A stretch of 61,772 nt of DNA, counting the filler, from an uncultured Clostridia bacterium (lineage in GTDB: Bacteria > CAYTYR01 > UBA6262), in NCBI GenBank assembly GCA_964441745.1. It is 3 parts of 3 records of this genome, joined end to end, with 100 filler letters (N's around TTAATTAATTAA, not from the genome) between each part and the next. Parts side by side here need not be neighbours in the genome. Positions count along the whole stretch, not along the records: positions 22,001 to 42,465 come from CAYTYR010000029.1; positions 42,566 to 61,772 come from CAYTYR010000030.1; 1 more part is not named here. One strand, written 5' to 3'. The notes beneath the pieces were generated by a model, which had not been told where the DNA came from, did no database searches, and saw nothing but the letters and a program-made list of their open reading frames with translations. This document shows, piece by piece, positions 41,813 through 50,196 of the stretch; the stretch's first letter is position 1; each line of letters begins with the position of its first letter. The position numbers and the translations under genes were made by a program.

Positions 41813-42187
41813 ATGGCTAAGAGAATTTTAGTCGTTGAAGATGAACCGGATATTGCCGAAGTGATCAAGCAAAGGCTGGCCGGCGCGGGTTTTGAAGTAA
41901 TGATCGCTGAAGACGGCTATATGGGCCTGGAAACAGCCCGCCGGGAAAAGCCGGACTTGATCATTTTGGACCTGATGCTGCCAAAGATCGAAGGATATAA
42001 AGTTTGCCGGATGCTGAAATTTGATAAGGAATATAGCCATATACCGATCATTATCCTGACCGCCCGCAGCCAGCCGGTGGAGGAAGAGATCGGCTATTCC
42101 ACCGGAGCCAATCTCTACTTGACCAAACCCTTTGATGGCAATGAATTGGTGAATAAAGTCAAAGAATTATTAAATATTAATAATTAG
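41813..42187 (+). CDS. Single-domain response regulator (receiver)
   Basis: LVVEDE, PDLIILDLMLP, IIILTA, YLTKPF. Confidence 0.92.
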   Translation: MAKRILVVEDEPDIAEVIKQRLAGAGFEVMIAEDGYMGLETARREKPDLIILDLMLPKIEGYKVCRMLKFDKEYSHIPIIILTARSQPVEEEIGYSTGANLYLTKPFDGNELVNKVKELLNINN

Positions 42188-42200
42188 GAGAACATAAATT

Positions 42201-42465
42201 ATGGAGGTAATTGAGCAACGTCATGTAAAAGGCCGCTTGTTGAGCGATATTTCCACTCGCTGGGCGTTTTTGGTCATGGCTATTATCCTGATCGTTTTTC
42301 TTTCACAGCTTGGCCAACTAAAGAACATGCAGATGATCCTGATCTGGGCTGTGGCCATCGTCGTCCCCATGAATCTCAGTTTGCATTTAGCCCTGAGAAA
42401 AGGCAAGCACATCCCTCCTTTCACCGAATACCTGATCCGGATACTGGATATAGCCTTAATTACTT
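42201..42465 (+). CDS. Membrane protein, partial (runs into gap); possibly a sensor N-terminus
   Basis: AGGAG RBS, hydrophobic helices; the ORF-track end at 42521 is the artificial linker. Confidence 0.5.
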
Positions 42466-42565
42466 NNNNNNNNNNNNNNNNNNNNNNNNNNNNNNNNNNN
42501 NNNNNNNNNTTAATTAATTAANNNNNNNNNNNNNNNNNNNNNNNNNNNNNNNNNNNNNNNNNNNN
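42466..42565. other. Assembly gap with artificial TTAATTAATTAA linker (42510-42521)
   Basis: N-run. Confidence 0.98.
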
Positions 42566-42665
42566 AAACAGATTATCAGTATCTGTCTGAATCCAGCTTA
42601 TTATCCGTCTAAATCGTTCTTTTTCTAATTAAGTTATTATAGCTTTATTACTGATTTTTTGCAAT

Positions 42666-42690
42666 AAAAAAAACCCCCTATTTTAGGGGT
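42666..42690 (-). terminator. Putative intrinsic terminator after the LPS gene run
   Basis: Minus strand CCCCTA-aaa-TAGGGG followed by a T8 run. Confidence 0.55.
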
Positions 42691-42696
42691 AGCAAG

Positions 42697-42767
42697 GTGA
42701 AGGTTGTAGAAGTAGGTATGGAAGGAGGTCACTTCAGACCAAACTTACTTCCAAAACTTACACCTAA
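42697..42767. repeat. Short palindromic element, GAAGTAGGTATGG family
   Basis: GTTGTAGAAGTAGGTATGGAAG...CAGACCAAACTTACTTCCAAA shared with 41097-41200. Confidence 0.82.
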
Positions 42768-42777
42768 TTACTGCTCT

Positions 42778-43872
42778 CTATTTCATTCCTAACACTTTCT
42801 GATAAGCATTTTCGGTATTAATGGCAAACTGTTTAAGACTATATTTCTCTTTTATATGCTGGTGAGCTTTATCGCCCATACGCCTGCCCTGGTTTTGATC
42901 GATCAGGAGATCATATATTCTTTGCGCCATGGCTTCCTGATCACCAGGATCTACGAGATAACCATTCTCTGTGTCTTTGACGATTTCCGGGATACATCCG
43001 ACTTTTGTGGCAACTAATGGTTTACCGCAAGCCATCCATTCCATAACTACCCTGGAAATAGCTTCGCTGCCCACGGAAGCCACCACCCCAATATCACAGG
43101 TATTCATGAACCTGACCACATCTTCAGTCCGCCCCAGGTAAGACATTTCATCCTGTAAACCAAGGCTATAAACTATTTCAGACAATCTCTTCCATTTAAC
43201 ATTTTCTTCTTTGCCCACGATCAAAAACTTAACTTTAGGGTAAATATCTTTGACCATTTTAGCGGCCTGCACAAACGTACTGTGACCTTTGACCGGATCC
43301 AGCCGCCCGACCATGCCGATGATCGCGGCGCCTGGCTCAACTTTTAATTCTTTTTTCATACCTTCATCCGCATATTGCGGCTTAAAAACAGTTGTGTCCA
43401 GGCCCTGACACACAGTGACAATTTTATCGGCTGACAGACCTAAGCTTTTGATACACGCAGCGCGGATAAATTCTGCCGCACAGATCACCAAATTACTTTT
43501 TTCATATAAATGCTTATTAGCGGCATTAGCCGCAGGATTGCGGATATCCCCGCGCGTACGCACGATCGGAATATTGCTGAAAGTCGTACGCAGGGAAAAG
43601 TAGGCCCAAAAATGGCTTTGGCCGCCATGCGCGTTGACCAACTCTATTTTTTCCCTGGTCATGGCCGCTTTCAGATTAAAAACATTCATATTAGTGAAAC
43701 TAACCGGCAAGATCGGCAATCCCATTTTTTTAGCCTGGTTGATGGGTGGCTTATTCGGCCAGCCGCCGACAATCACCTTATGCCCCCGGTCGCTCAACGC
43801 TTTCGACACGGTTAAGGCATAATTGGTAATACCGCTATCCCAGGGTTCATCGATCAACTGCAAAATATTCAT
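42778..43872 (-). CDS. Glycosyltransferase family 4
   Basis: GMVGRLDPVKG, SEAISRVVMEWMACGKP, GT-B fold. Confidence 0.9.
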   Translation of the reverse strand: MNILQLIDEPWDSGITNYALTVSKALSDRGHKVIVGGWPNKPPINQAKKMGLPILPVSFTNMNVFNLKAAMTREKIELVNAHGGQSHFWAYFSLRTTFSNIPIVRTRGDIRNPAANAANKHLYEKSNLVICAAEFIRAACIKSLGLSADKIVTVCQGLDTTVFKPQYADEGMKKELKVEPGAAIIGMVGRLDPVKGHSTFVQAAKMVKDIYPKVKFLIVGKEENVKWKRLSEIVYSLGLQDEMSYLGRTEDVVRFMNTCDIGVVASVGSEAISRVVMEWMACGKPLVATKVGCIPEIVKDTENGYLVDPGDQEAMAQRIYDLLIDQNQGRRMGDKAHQHIKEKYSLKQFAINTENAYQKVLGMK

Positions 43873-43966
43873 TTAAATTCCTTTTCGATTACAAAGATTA
43901 AGATCACTGTTCCGTTTATCAGGGAACTCGTCATTATTTTGAGCGAGCTTGTCGATTTCCTGCCAG

Positions 43967-44017
43967 CCGGCAAGGCAAATCTTTTTCCACCACTATATCC
44001 TTGGTACTGTACGGATA
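43967..44017 (-). repeat. 51-bp synonymously diverged copy of GT9 codons YPYSTKDIVVEKDLPCR (other copy 46259-46309)
   Basis: 17 of 17 codons encode the same residue; 8 third-position differences. Confidence 0.92.
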
Positions 44018-44052
44018 GTAGTCGGTCCAGAAGGGTGAGCAAGGAGCGGCAT

Positions 44053-45186
44053 TCATTTCTTACCCCCATCTTTGCTTAATTCTTGCTCAATTTGCTCAAT
44101 AGTGGGCAGGCTGGGCTTAAATTTCTTTGGCAGAGAATGTGTCAGTTTATATATTGAAATACCAATCGGCTTATGAATATCACTCAAGGCGTACTCGGCA
44201 ACAATTTTATCCTTCTTCTTGCATATCAGGATGCCAACGGTCGGATTATCTTGTTCGGATCGAACCTGTGTATCAACCGCTTTAAGATAGAAATTAAGTT
44301 TTCCGGCAAATTCAGGCTGGAATGCTGTTGTTTTCAGCTCTATCACAACATAACAATGGAGCTTCATATGATAAAAAAGCAAATCAATATAAAAATCGCT
44401 CTCGCCAACACGCAATGGGACCTGACGGCCTACATACGCAAACCCGGTACCCAATTCAAGTAAAAACTGAGTTACATGGGTTACCAACGCGTTTTCAAGG
44501 TCTCGCTCATCATACTTCCTGGTCATGCTCAGAAAATCAAAAATATACGGGTCTTTTAGTGTCTGTTCGGCGAGGTCAGATTGAGGTTTAGGCAGGGTAA
44601 GAGCAAAATTATTAACGGCTTTCCCTTCCCGCTTATAAAGACCGCTTTCTATCTGATGGACAAGAACACTTCGGCTCCAATTATATTTAATCGTACTCTG
44701 CACATAATATAGCGCTTCTTTGATATTCTTGCATTGTGTAATAATGGCAATGTTATGACCCCAGGGTATTTGGGTGATTTGTGCAACGGCTTGTTGTGCA
44801 ATTTGGCCAACAGGCAGTTGGCTAATTGCATCTGACACCAATTGCGAAACAGGCTGTTTCGCAATTAGGACAACAGGATGTTGCCCTAATAATATCCCTT
44901 TAGAATAAAATATATACCACTGTCTAATAAGCTCAAGGTTCCGCTTCGAAAACCCCTTCATATCCGGGAATTCCGTCATTAGATCCTTGCTGAGCTGAGA
45001 TAGAAAGCCATCGCCCCATTTGGCATTTGCTTGTTTGGTCACGATATCAGCGCCAAGCCCCCAATAAAACAAAAGTATTTCTGTATTAACTTTTACGACT
45101 GCCTTAAGCTGGACATTACGGACTTTTGACTTAATTTCAGCAAGCCATGTTTTATACTCTTTGTCACTTAATAAATTATATCTCAT
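44053..45186 (-). CDS. YhcG/DUF1016 PD-(D/E)xK nuclease-domain protein
   Basis: GFSKRNL, IPWGHN, KDPYIFDFL, FLLELGTGFAYVGRQ, IDLLFYH..YVVIELK. Confidence 0.92.
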   Translation of the reverse strand: MRYNLLSDKEYKTWLAEIKSKVRNVQLKAVVKVNTEILLFYWGLGADIVTKQANAKWGDGFLSQLSKDLMTEFPDMKGFSKRNLELIRQWYIFYSKGILLGQHPVVLIAKQPVSQLVSDAISQLPVGQIAQQAVAQITQIPWGHNIAIITQCKNIKEALYYVQSTIKYNWSRSVLVHQIESGLYKREGKAVNNFALTLPKPQSDLAEQTLKDPYIFDFLSMTRKYDERDLENALVTHVTQFLLELGTGFAYVGRQVPLRVGESDFYIDLLFYHMKLHCYVVIELKTTAFQPEFAGKLNFYLKAVDTQVRSEQDNPTVGILICKKKDKIVAEYALSDIHKPIGISIYKLTHSLPKKFKPSLPTIEQIEQELSKDGGKK

Positions 45187-45220
45187 GTCACCCCTTTTTC
45201 ATTAAATTACTTTCTAAAAG

Positions 45221-45742
45221 TCAATTTAACATCTGCTGCGAAGGTTCTACCGATGATTTTACGGGAAACAATACCGCCAGGACAATTCCTTCCCCTAACT
45301 TGGTCAGACGGAAGAGATCCAATTCCTTGGAAAACCATAAATGACAAGCTGGATTATCCTTATCACTTTCAGAATAAGGAAAGAGAAATGCCCAATTTAA
45401 TTTATGCCAGTAAGCCTCAAATAGAAGCAGGAATTGCTCCTGCGGCAGCTTTGCTAAGTATTCTTTCCCTGATTTTGTAAGACGCCGATAATGTTTTCTG
45501 TTTGCTGTTAACTTCATTAGTTGGCCTAACACATCCAGATATTCTAAATACCCCCATTCGTATTCGCTTTTGATAGGATATTCCTTGAAATGTTCAGGCA
45601 ATTCGATTATAATTCCTATTTCAGCAATTGTTTTTAAATTAAAGTTCCCCGTAGTCGTCAGTTTGGCTTCGTTGTTTTCAAGAAAACGCAGTAGTTTTAT
45701 TAAATCCTGCAGAATTATAATCTGTTTGATTTGGTCTTCCAT
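45221..45742 (-). CDS. Hypothetical protein, possibly internally deleted
   Basis: 173-aa AT-rich ORF with RBS; winged-helix-like LTKSGK and LTKLGE motifs. Confidence 0.5.
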   Translation of the reverse strand: MEDQIKQIIILQDLIKLLRFLENNEAKLTTTGNFNLKTIAEIGIIIELPEHFKEYPIKSEYEWGYLEYLDVLGQLMKLTANRKHYRRLTKSGKEYLAKLPQEQFLLLFEAYWHKLNWAFLFPYSESDKDNPACHLWFSKELDLFRLTKLGEGIVLAVLFPVKSSVEPSQQMLN

Positions 45743-45787
45743 AGCATATTTGCCTTTTCAAAATAGGTTCTGGGTCGACTCTTTATT

Positions 45788-46078
45788 CTATACTTTATTT
45801 AAGAATCCAGGATATACATTCCAAAGATGTCCGTCATCAGTCCTGATGGTTATGGTTTTCTTGTTTAGCCGTTGAATAATGCCGCGTTTTAGTTGGTTTC
45901 CATCCCCTTGGAAGCAGACCCGCTCCCCAATACGAAAATCAGCCATCAAACACGTGCTTTTTGCCTGAGAGATCAGTTTCAGCCGTTCAATAATAAAATG
46001 ATTAAGAAACAGCAAATCATCTTCATTAAGACTTTTAATCTCCTCAACCGCGCTGTTTCGGTCCAGCATCTTAGCCAT
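45788..46078 (-). CDS. Small hypothetical protein (SH3/KOW-like beta barrel suspected)
   Basis: AGGAG RBS; FRIGERVCF..GIIQRLNKKT..WNV pattern. Confidence 0.6.
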   Translation of the reverse strand: MAKMLDRNSAVEEIKSLNEDDLLFLNHFIIERLKLISQAKSTCLMADFRIGERVCFQGDGNQLKRGIIQRLNKKTITIRTDDGHLWNVYPGFLNKV

Positions 46079-46147
46079 ATCTGTCTCCTAGTATAATATT
46101 CATTATACCTATAATCATGCATAGGTTTGAAATTCCTACGCATTAAA

Positions 46148-47185
46148 TTACCATGATAATCGCCTTTTCACCGCCTCAAAAACATCCGAGACCGTGATTA
46201 ACTTCATACAGGCAAAATTATTCTTTGAGCATCTCCTCCCTCCGTGCTTTCCACACGGACGGCAAGGCAAATCTTTTTCAACTACAATATCTTTTGTGCT
46301 GTACGGGTAAAAACCCAAGGACTGTGTAGTCGGCCCAAAAATCGCTACCACCGGCACTCCTTGGGCTACAGCTATATGCATTGCGCCAGAATCATTAGTA
46401 ACCAACAAGTTGAATCGCTTCATCACGGCAGTCAATTGCGAGAGAGTCGTCCGGCCAGACAAGTTAATTGCTGCTTCATGCATTTCGTGGGCCATCTTAT
46501 CTGCCACCGGGGTATCGGCCGGGCTGCCAATGATAATGATCGTAGCTTTAAGCTCCAGGGTCAAGCGGTCAGCCAAAGCAGCATACTTTTCCGTAGCATA
46601 GCGTTTGGTGGGCCAAACACTGCCAGGATTTATGCCAATAACCAGGTCCGTTGCTTTAATCTCATATTCATGATAAAGTTCTAAAGCATGATTAATGGCT
46701 TCTTTGCCAGGATCTATAAAAATAGCGGCCTTTCTATCTTTCACTCCCAACGGTTTGAGCAGGTCAAGATTCCTTTCTATCTCATGGATCTTTGCACTTT
46801 GCCTGTAAGGCACCTGATCAGTATAGAGAATCCTCCCGGCCGCGGCAGTAAACCCGATCCTTTTGGGGATCCGGGCCAGGGAACACAGCAAAGCGCTTTT
46901 AAATGAACGGTGTGGCAGTATGGCTGCATTGAAATGACGCGCTTTTATCTTTACCACTAAGTCTCGGAAAGCCAGCCAGGAACGGTCTTTACCTTTTTTA
47001 TCAAAAACTATGATCTCATCTAGATCCGGATTATTCTCTAATATTTCTTTTACCGCAGGGATAACCATCACACTCAAATAAGCGTCGGGAAAGGCTTTTT
47101 TTGTCGCCATGATCAGCGGAATAGTTAAGACTACATCTCCTAAAAACGCCGTCTGTATTATTAATATACTTTTTAATTTTTCCAT
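46148..47185 (-). CDS. Glycosyltransferase family 9 (heptosyltransferase WaaF-like)
   Basis: AFLGDVVL, INPGSVWPTKRY, VTNDSGAMHIA, IFGPT, CRPC. Confidence 0.88.
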   Translation of the reverse strand: MEKLKSILIIQTAFLGDVVLTIPLIMATKKAFPDAYLSVMVIPAVKEILENNPDLDEIIVFDKKGKDRSWLAFRDLVVKIKARHFNAAILPHRSFKSALLCSLARIPKRIGFTAAAGRILYTDQVPYRQSAKIHEIERNLDLLKPLGVKDRKAAIFIDPGKEAINHALELYHEYEIKATDLVIGINPGSVWPTKRYATEKYAALADRLTLELKATIIIIGSPADTPVADKMAHEMHEAAINLSGRTTLSQLTAVMKRFNLLVTNDSGAMHIAVAQGVPVVAIFGPTTQSLGFYPYSTKDIVVEKDLPCRPCGKHGGRRCSKNNFACMKLITVSDVFEAVKRRLSW

Positions 47186-47223
47186 CAAACACACCTTCTG
47201 GTTTTTCTGCCATCTACCATCTG

Positions 47224-48261
47224 CTAACTGCCATCTGCTTTTAACTGTTCTTGCAAAGATTCAAATACTTCGCTGGCTAAAAGGCCGGATAAACACAGCC
47301 GGTCCCCTCTTCTACAGTCATTGGTCCCATGCAGGCTACATGGCCGGCAGGATAATTCCTTAAACAAAATAATATCTTTGCTGCGGGGATGAATAAAGCC
47401 GAATTCTGGCACAGTGGGTCCGAGCAGCGCCAAGACCGGGACCTCCAGCGCCTGGGCGATATGCAGCGCGCCTGAATCACCAGTGACCAATACCCGGCAT
47501 TGCTTGATCAGCGCACTTAACTGGCGCAGATCAGTTTTTCCGGCTACATTTATTACTGTATCTTTTATATCTACCGCTTCTCTTAATAGGGCGCTAATAA
47601 AAACCTGGTCAGAGGAATCACCGAATAACAGCAGTTTAATTCTCTGCTCACGGCATAATTTAATAAATTCCAGCCAGTTGGGCAAAGGCCATTTTTTAGT
47701 TTCCCATTTAGCGCCAGGATTCAAGCCAACGAGCAAATCTCCCGGGCCATTGCCGCACTGTTCCAGAAAAGCCTGGGCGGTCCTAGTCTCTTTTTCCGTC
47801 AGATAAATTTTAGTATCAAGACGCAATTGCTTTATTCCCAAAAACCCCAGAGTGTCTAAATAGCGCTGGATCACGCTTTTCTGCAAAGCCGGATTACTCT
47901 GTTTAAAATGCAGCAAAGCATAGCGGTTCAGTGATTGCTTATTATAACGCAGCACTTTAGCGCCGGAAGCAAAGCCCACGATATGGCTTCGTAAATTATT
48001 ATGCAGGTCAATGACCAGGTCATACTTGTTTTTCCGAATACGGTTGATCAGGCTGGCCAGGTTTTCTTGTTTTTCCAGCGTCAGGATCTCATCAATATTA
48101 GGATTATTAAGAAAAACATCCTGGTACTGTCTCTTCGTCAGAATGGATAATTTAGCTTTAGGCAGGGCTTGGCGTAAATTAGCAAAGACCGGGGCAGTCA
48201 GGACCACATCCCCTAGCGAGCTAAACCTGATCACTAAAATATTATTGATCCCGGACATCAT
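47224..48261 (-). CDS. Glycosyltransferase family 9 (heptosyltransferase)
   Basis: RFSSLGDVVL, NPGAKWETKKWP, GDSGALHIA, CRPCSLHG. Confidence 0.88.
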   Translation of the reverse strand: MMSGINNILVIRFSSLGDVVLTAPVFANLRQALPKAKLSILTKRQYQDVFLNNPNIDEILTLEKQENLASLINRIRKNKYDLVIDLHNNLRSHIVGFASGAKVLRYNKQSLNRYALLHFKQSNPALQKSVIQRYLDTLGFLGIKQLRLDTKIYLTEKETRTAQAFLEQCGNGPGDLLVGLNPGAKWETKKWPLPNWLEFIKLCREQRIKLLLFGDSSDQVFISALLREAVDIKDTVINVAGKTDLRQLSALIKQCRVLVTGDSGALHIAQALEVPVLALLGPTVPEFGFIHPRSKDIILFKELSCRPCSLHGTNDCRRGDRLCLSGLLASEVFESLQEQLKADGS

Positions 48262-49522
48262 TGGCTAAAAGCCTCTCCATTGCCTCAACATTTTTGTCTA
48301 CTGCCCCTTTTTTGGCGATCAAGCTTTCCTGAGCCTTAAGTCCCAACTGCCGGGCAGCATCTTGATGAGTTAATAAGAATTCAATTTTTTCTATTAATTC
48401 AACAAGGTTATGTACCTGGATAATCGCTTTTTGTGTTAACAGGTAGTTTGTTATTTCCTTAAAATTGCGCATATCCGGGCCGCAGATCACCGGCTTGGCC
48501 AGGGCTGCTGGTTCTAAAATATTCTGGCCGCCATAATTAACCAAACTACCGCCGACAAAAACGACGTCAGCTATACTGTAGGCCGGCAAGAGCTCTCCCA
48601 TAGTATCGATCAATAAGCAAGCAAAGGACTGAGTACCGGTATGCTCTTGCGAACTTAAAATAAATGATACTGCCTGTTCCCTGAGCTGTTTTTTGATTTC
48701 ATTAAGTCGTTCCAAATGCCGCGGGGCCAGGACCAGCTTTAATAATGGCACTTTCTTCTTGAGATCCTGGAAGGCTTTGATCAGCATCGCCTCTTCCCCG
48801 TTACGGGTACTGCCGGCCACCCAAACCAAATCATCAGGCGCGAAAGAATATCTCTGGCGGATAGAGGCGGCAGAAGAATCCAGCTTGATCTCAAAATCAT
48901 ATTTAATCGATGAGGTAACGGTAAGAAGCTCCTGTGGAAATCCCAAGGTAATAAATTTTATTTTATCCTCTTCTGTCTGTACGCAAACATAATCAAAACA
49001 GCGTATTATTTCGCGGAAAAACATTTTAAATTTTTGATAAGCCGGATAACTCCGGTCAGACAACCGTCCATTTAGCAGAATAATTTTAGTTTTCTTTTTT
49101 CGGGCGATCGTGATCAGGTTAGGCCATAATTCTGTTTCTATAACTCCCAGTAAAATCGGATTGATCTTTTTAAGAAAGGGGTTAACGACAAAAGGCAGGT
49201 CCAAAGGAGCAAAAACAACCTCAGCCAGGCCATTCAGGCGGGTTTTAGCTTGTTTAAACCCAGTAAGAGTGATCACTGAAACCACTATCGGGTGGGGACA
49301 GGCACGTTGCTTTAGTCTTTTGATCAGGACTTCAGCAATCTTTATTTCTCCGACGCTGGCGGCATGAAGCCAAATCACTGACTGCCGTTGTGCTGGCAGT
49401 CCACCCCCTAACCGCTGCCGGAATCCGGTGCGCCAAGTCCTGGAGCATAGAAGCTTTACCAGCCAGTAAGGAGAACTGACCAGAACCGCTAACAGGATGA
49501 TAGTATTATAGAACCAGATCAT
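48242..49522 (-). CDS. waaA: Kdo transferase
   Basis: WLHAASVGE, IETELWPN, VAGSTRNGEE, LAPRHLER, GGQNILEPA. Confidence 0.95.
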   Translation of the reverse strand: MIWFYNTIILLAVLVSSPYWLVKLLCSRTWRTGFRQRLGGGLPAQRQSVIWLHAASVGEIKIAEVLIKRLKQRACPHPIVVSVITLTGFKQAKTRLNGLAEVVFAPLDLPFVVNPFLKKINPILLGVIETELWPNLITIARKKKTKIILLNGRLSDRSYPAYQKFKMFFREIIRCFDYVCVQTEEDKIKFITLGFPQELLTVTSSIKYDFEIKLDSSAASIRQRYSFAPDDLVWVAGSTRNGEEAMLIKAFQDLKKKVPLLKLVLAPRHLERLNEIKKQLREQAVSFILSSQEHTGTQSFACLLIDTMGELLPAYSIADVVFVGGSLVNYGGQNILEPAALAKPVICGPDMRNFKEITNYLLTQKAIIQVHNLVELIEKIEFLLTHQDAARQLGLKAQESLIAKKGAVDKNVEAMERLLANDVRDQ

Positions 49523-50139
49523 ACTAATTTATCCGTTTCATCAGTCAGAAGATTTAGCGCTGCCTGCAGTTCTTTTTTCTTTTCTTCCAAATCGTCTGTT
49601 TTATGAACATATACTGGATTGCCGTTAGCCACAACAATAGAATTAAATGGATACGGTATGATAAATTTATCCCAATTATTCAGCACGATTCTCCTGCTGG
49701 CGCTAAAAGTCAGAGGCACTATCGGCAAGCCGGTTTTCTGGGCAATATACAAGACACCTGGCTGGACCTCCCGGTATGGTCCTTTGGGACCGTCAGGAGT
49801 GAAAGCTAAAACATCACCGTCTGCCGCGGCCCGGACTAATTTGACCAAAGCGCGCAGGCCTCCCCGGGTAGATGAGCCACGGACTGCCTTAAAGCCGAAT
49901 AAACTGGTAATATCAGTAATAAGCTGGCCATCCCGGCTCTGACTGATGAGAATATTAATTTTGCGAAAACGGTGGGAATAAACGAGGAATAACTGCCGGC
50001 CATGCCAGAAGGCATAGATATAGTTCTTTTTCTCTTTTTTTAAATTTTCAATGACTCCATTATTAATCACGACAATACGGCTGGTAAGGCCAATAAACCA
50101 AATAGCGATATATCCGATAAAAGCCAGAAGTTTATTCAT
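49519..50139 (-). CDS. DUF374 lysophospholipid-acyltransferase-family protein
   Basis: AFWHGR, SQSRDG, VRGSSTRGG, TPDGPKGP, WDKFIIPYPF. Confidence 0.85.
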   Translation of the reverse strand: MNKLLAFIGYIAIWFIGLTSRIVVINNGVIENLKKEKKNYIYAFWHGRQLFLVYSHRFRKINILISQSRDGQLITDITSLFGFKAVRGSSTRGGLRALVKLVRAAADGDVLAFTPDGPKGPYREVQPGVLYIAQKTGLPIVPLTFSASRRIVLNNWDKFIIPYPFNSIVVANGNPVYVHKTDDLEEKKKELQAALNLLTDETDKLV

Positions 50140-50196
50140 ATGACCTCAGTGATAAAGTGGTAAAGTGATAAAGCATCCCTACTACCACTCTCAAAC

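Noticed and set aside
43869-44069. 66-aa ORF from the track
   Set aside because: No recognisable motif; the informative frame is a different one that carries the GT9 duplicate.
46107-46126. ACCTAT-N8-ATAGGT inverted repeat next to a TATAAT box upstream of the island genes
   Set aside because: Could be an operator, but a single 6-bp pair with no second copy or identified regulator is insufficient.
43967-46309. Diversity-generating retroelement TR/VR pair
   Set aside because: Mismatches fall at codon third positions and are not adenine-specific on either strand; no reverse transcriptase is present.
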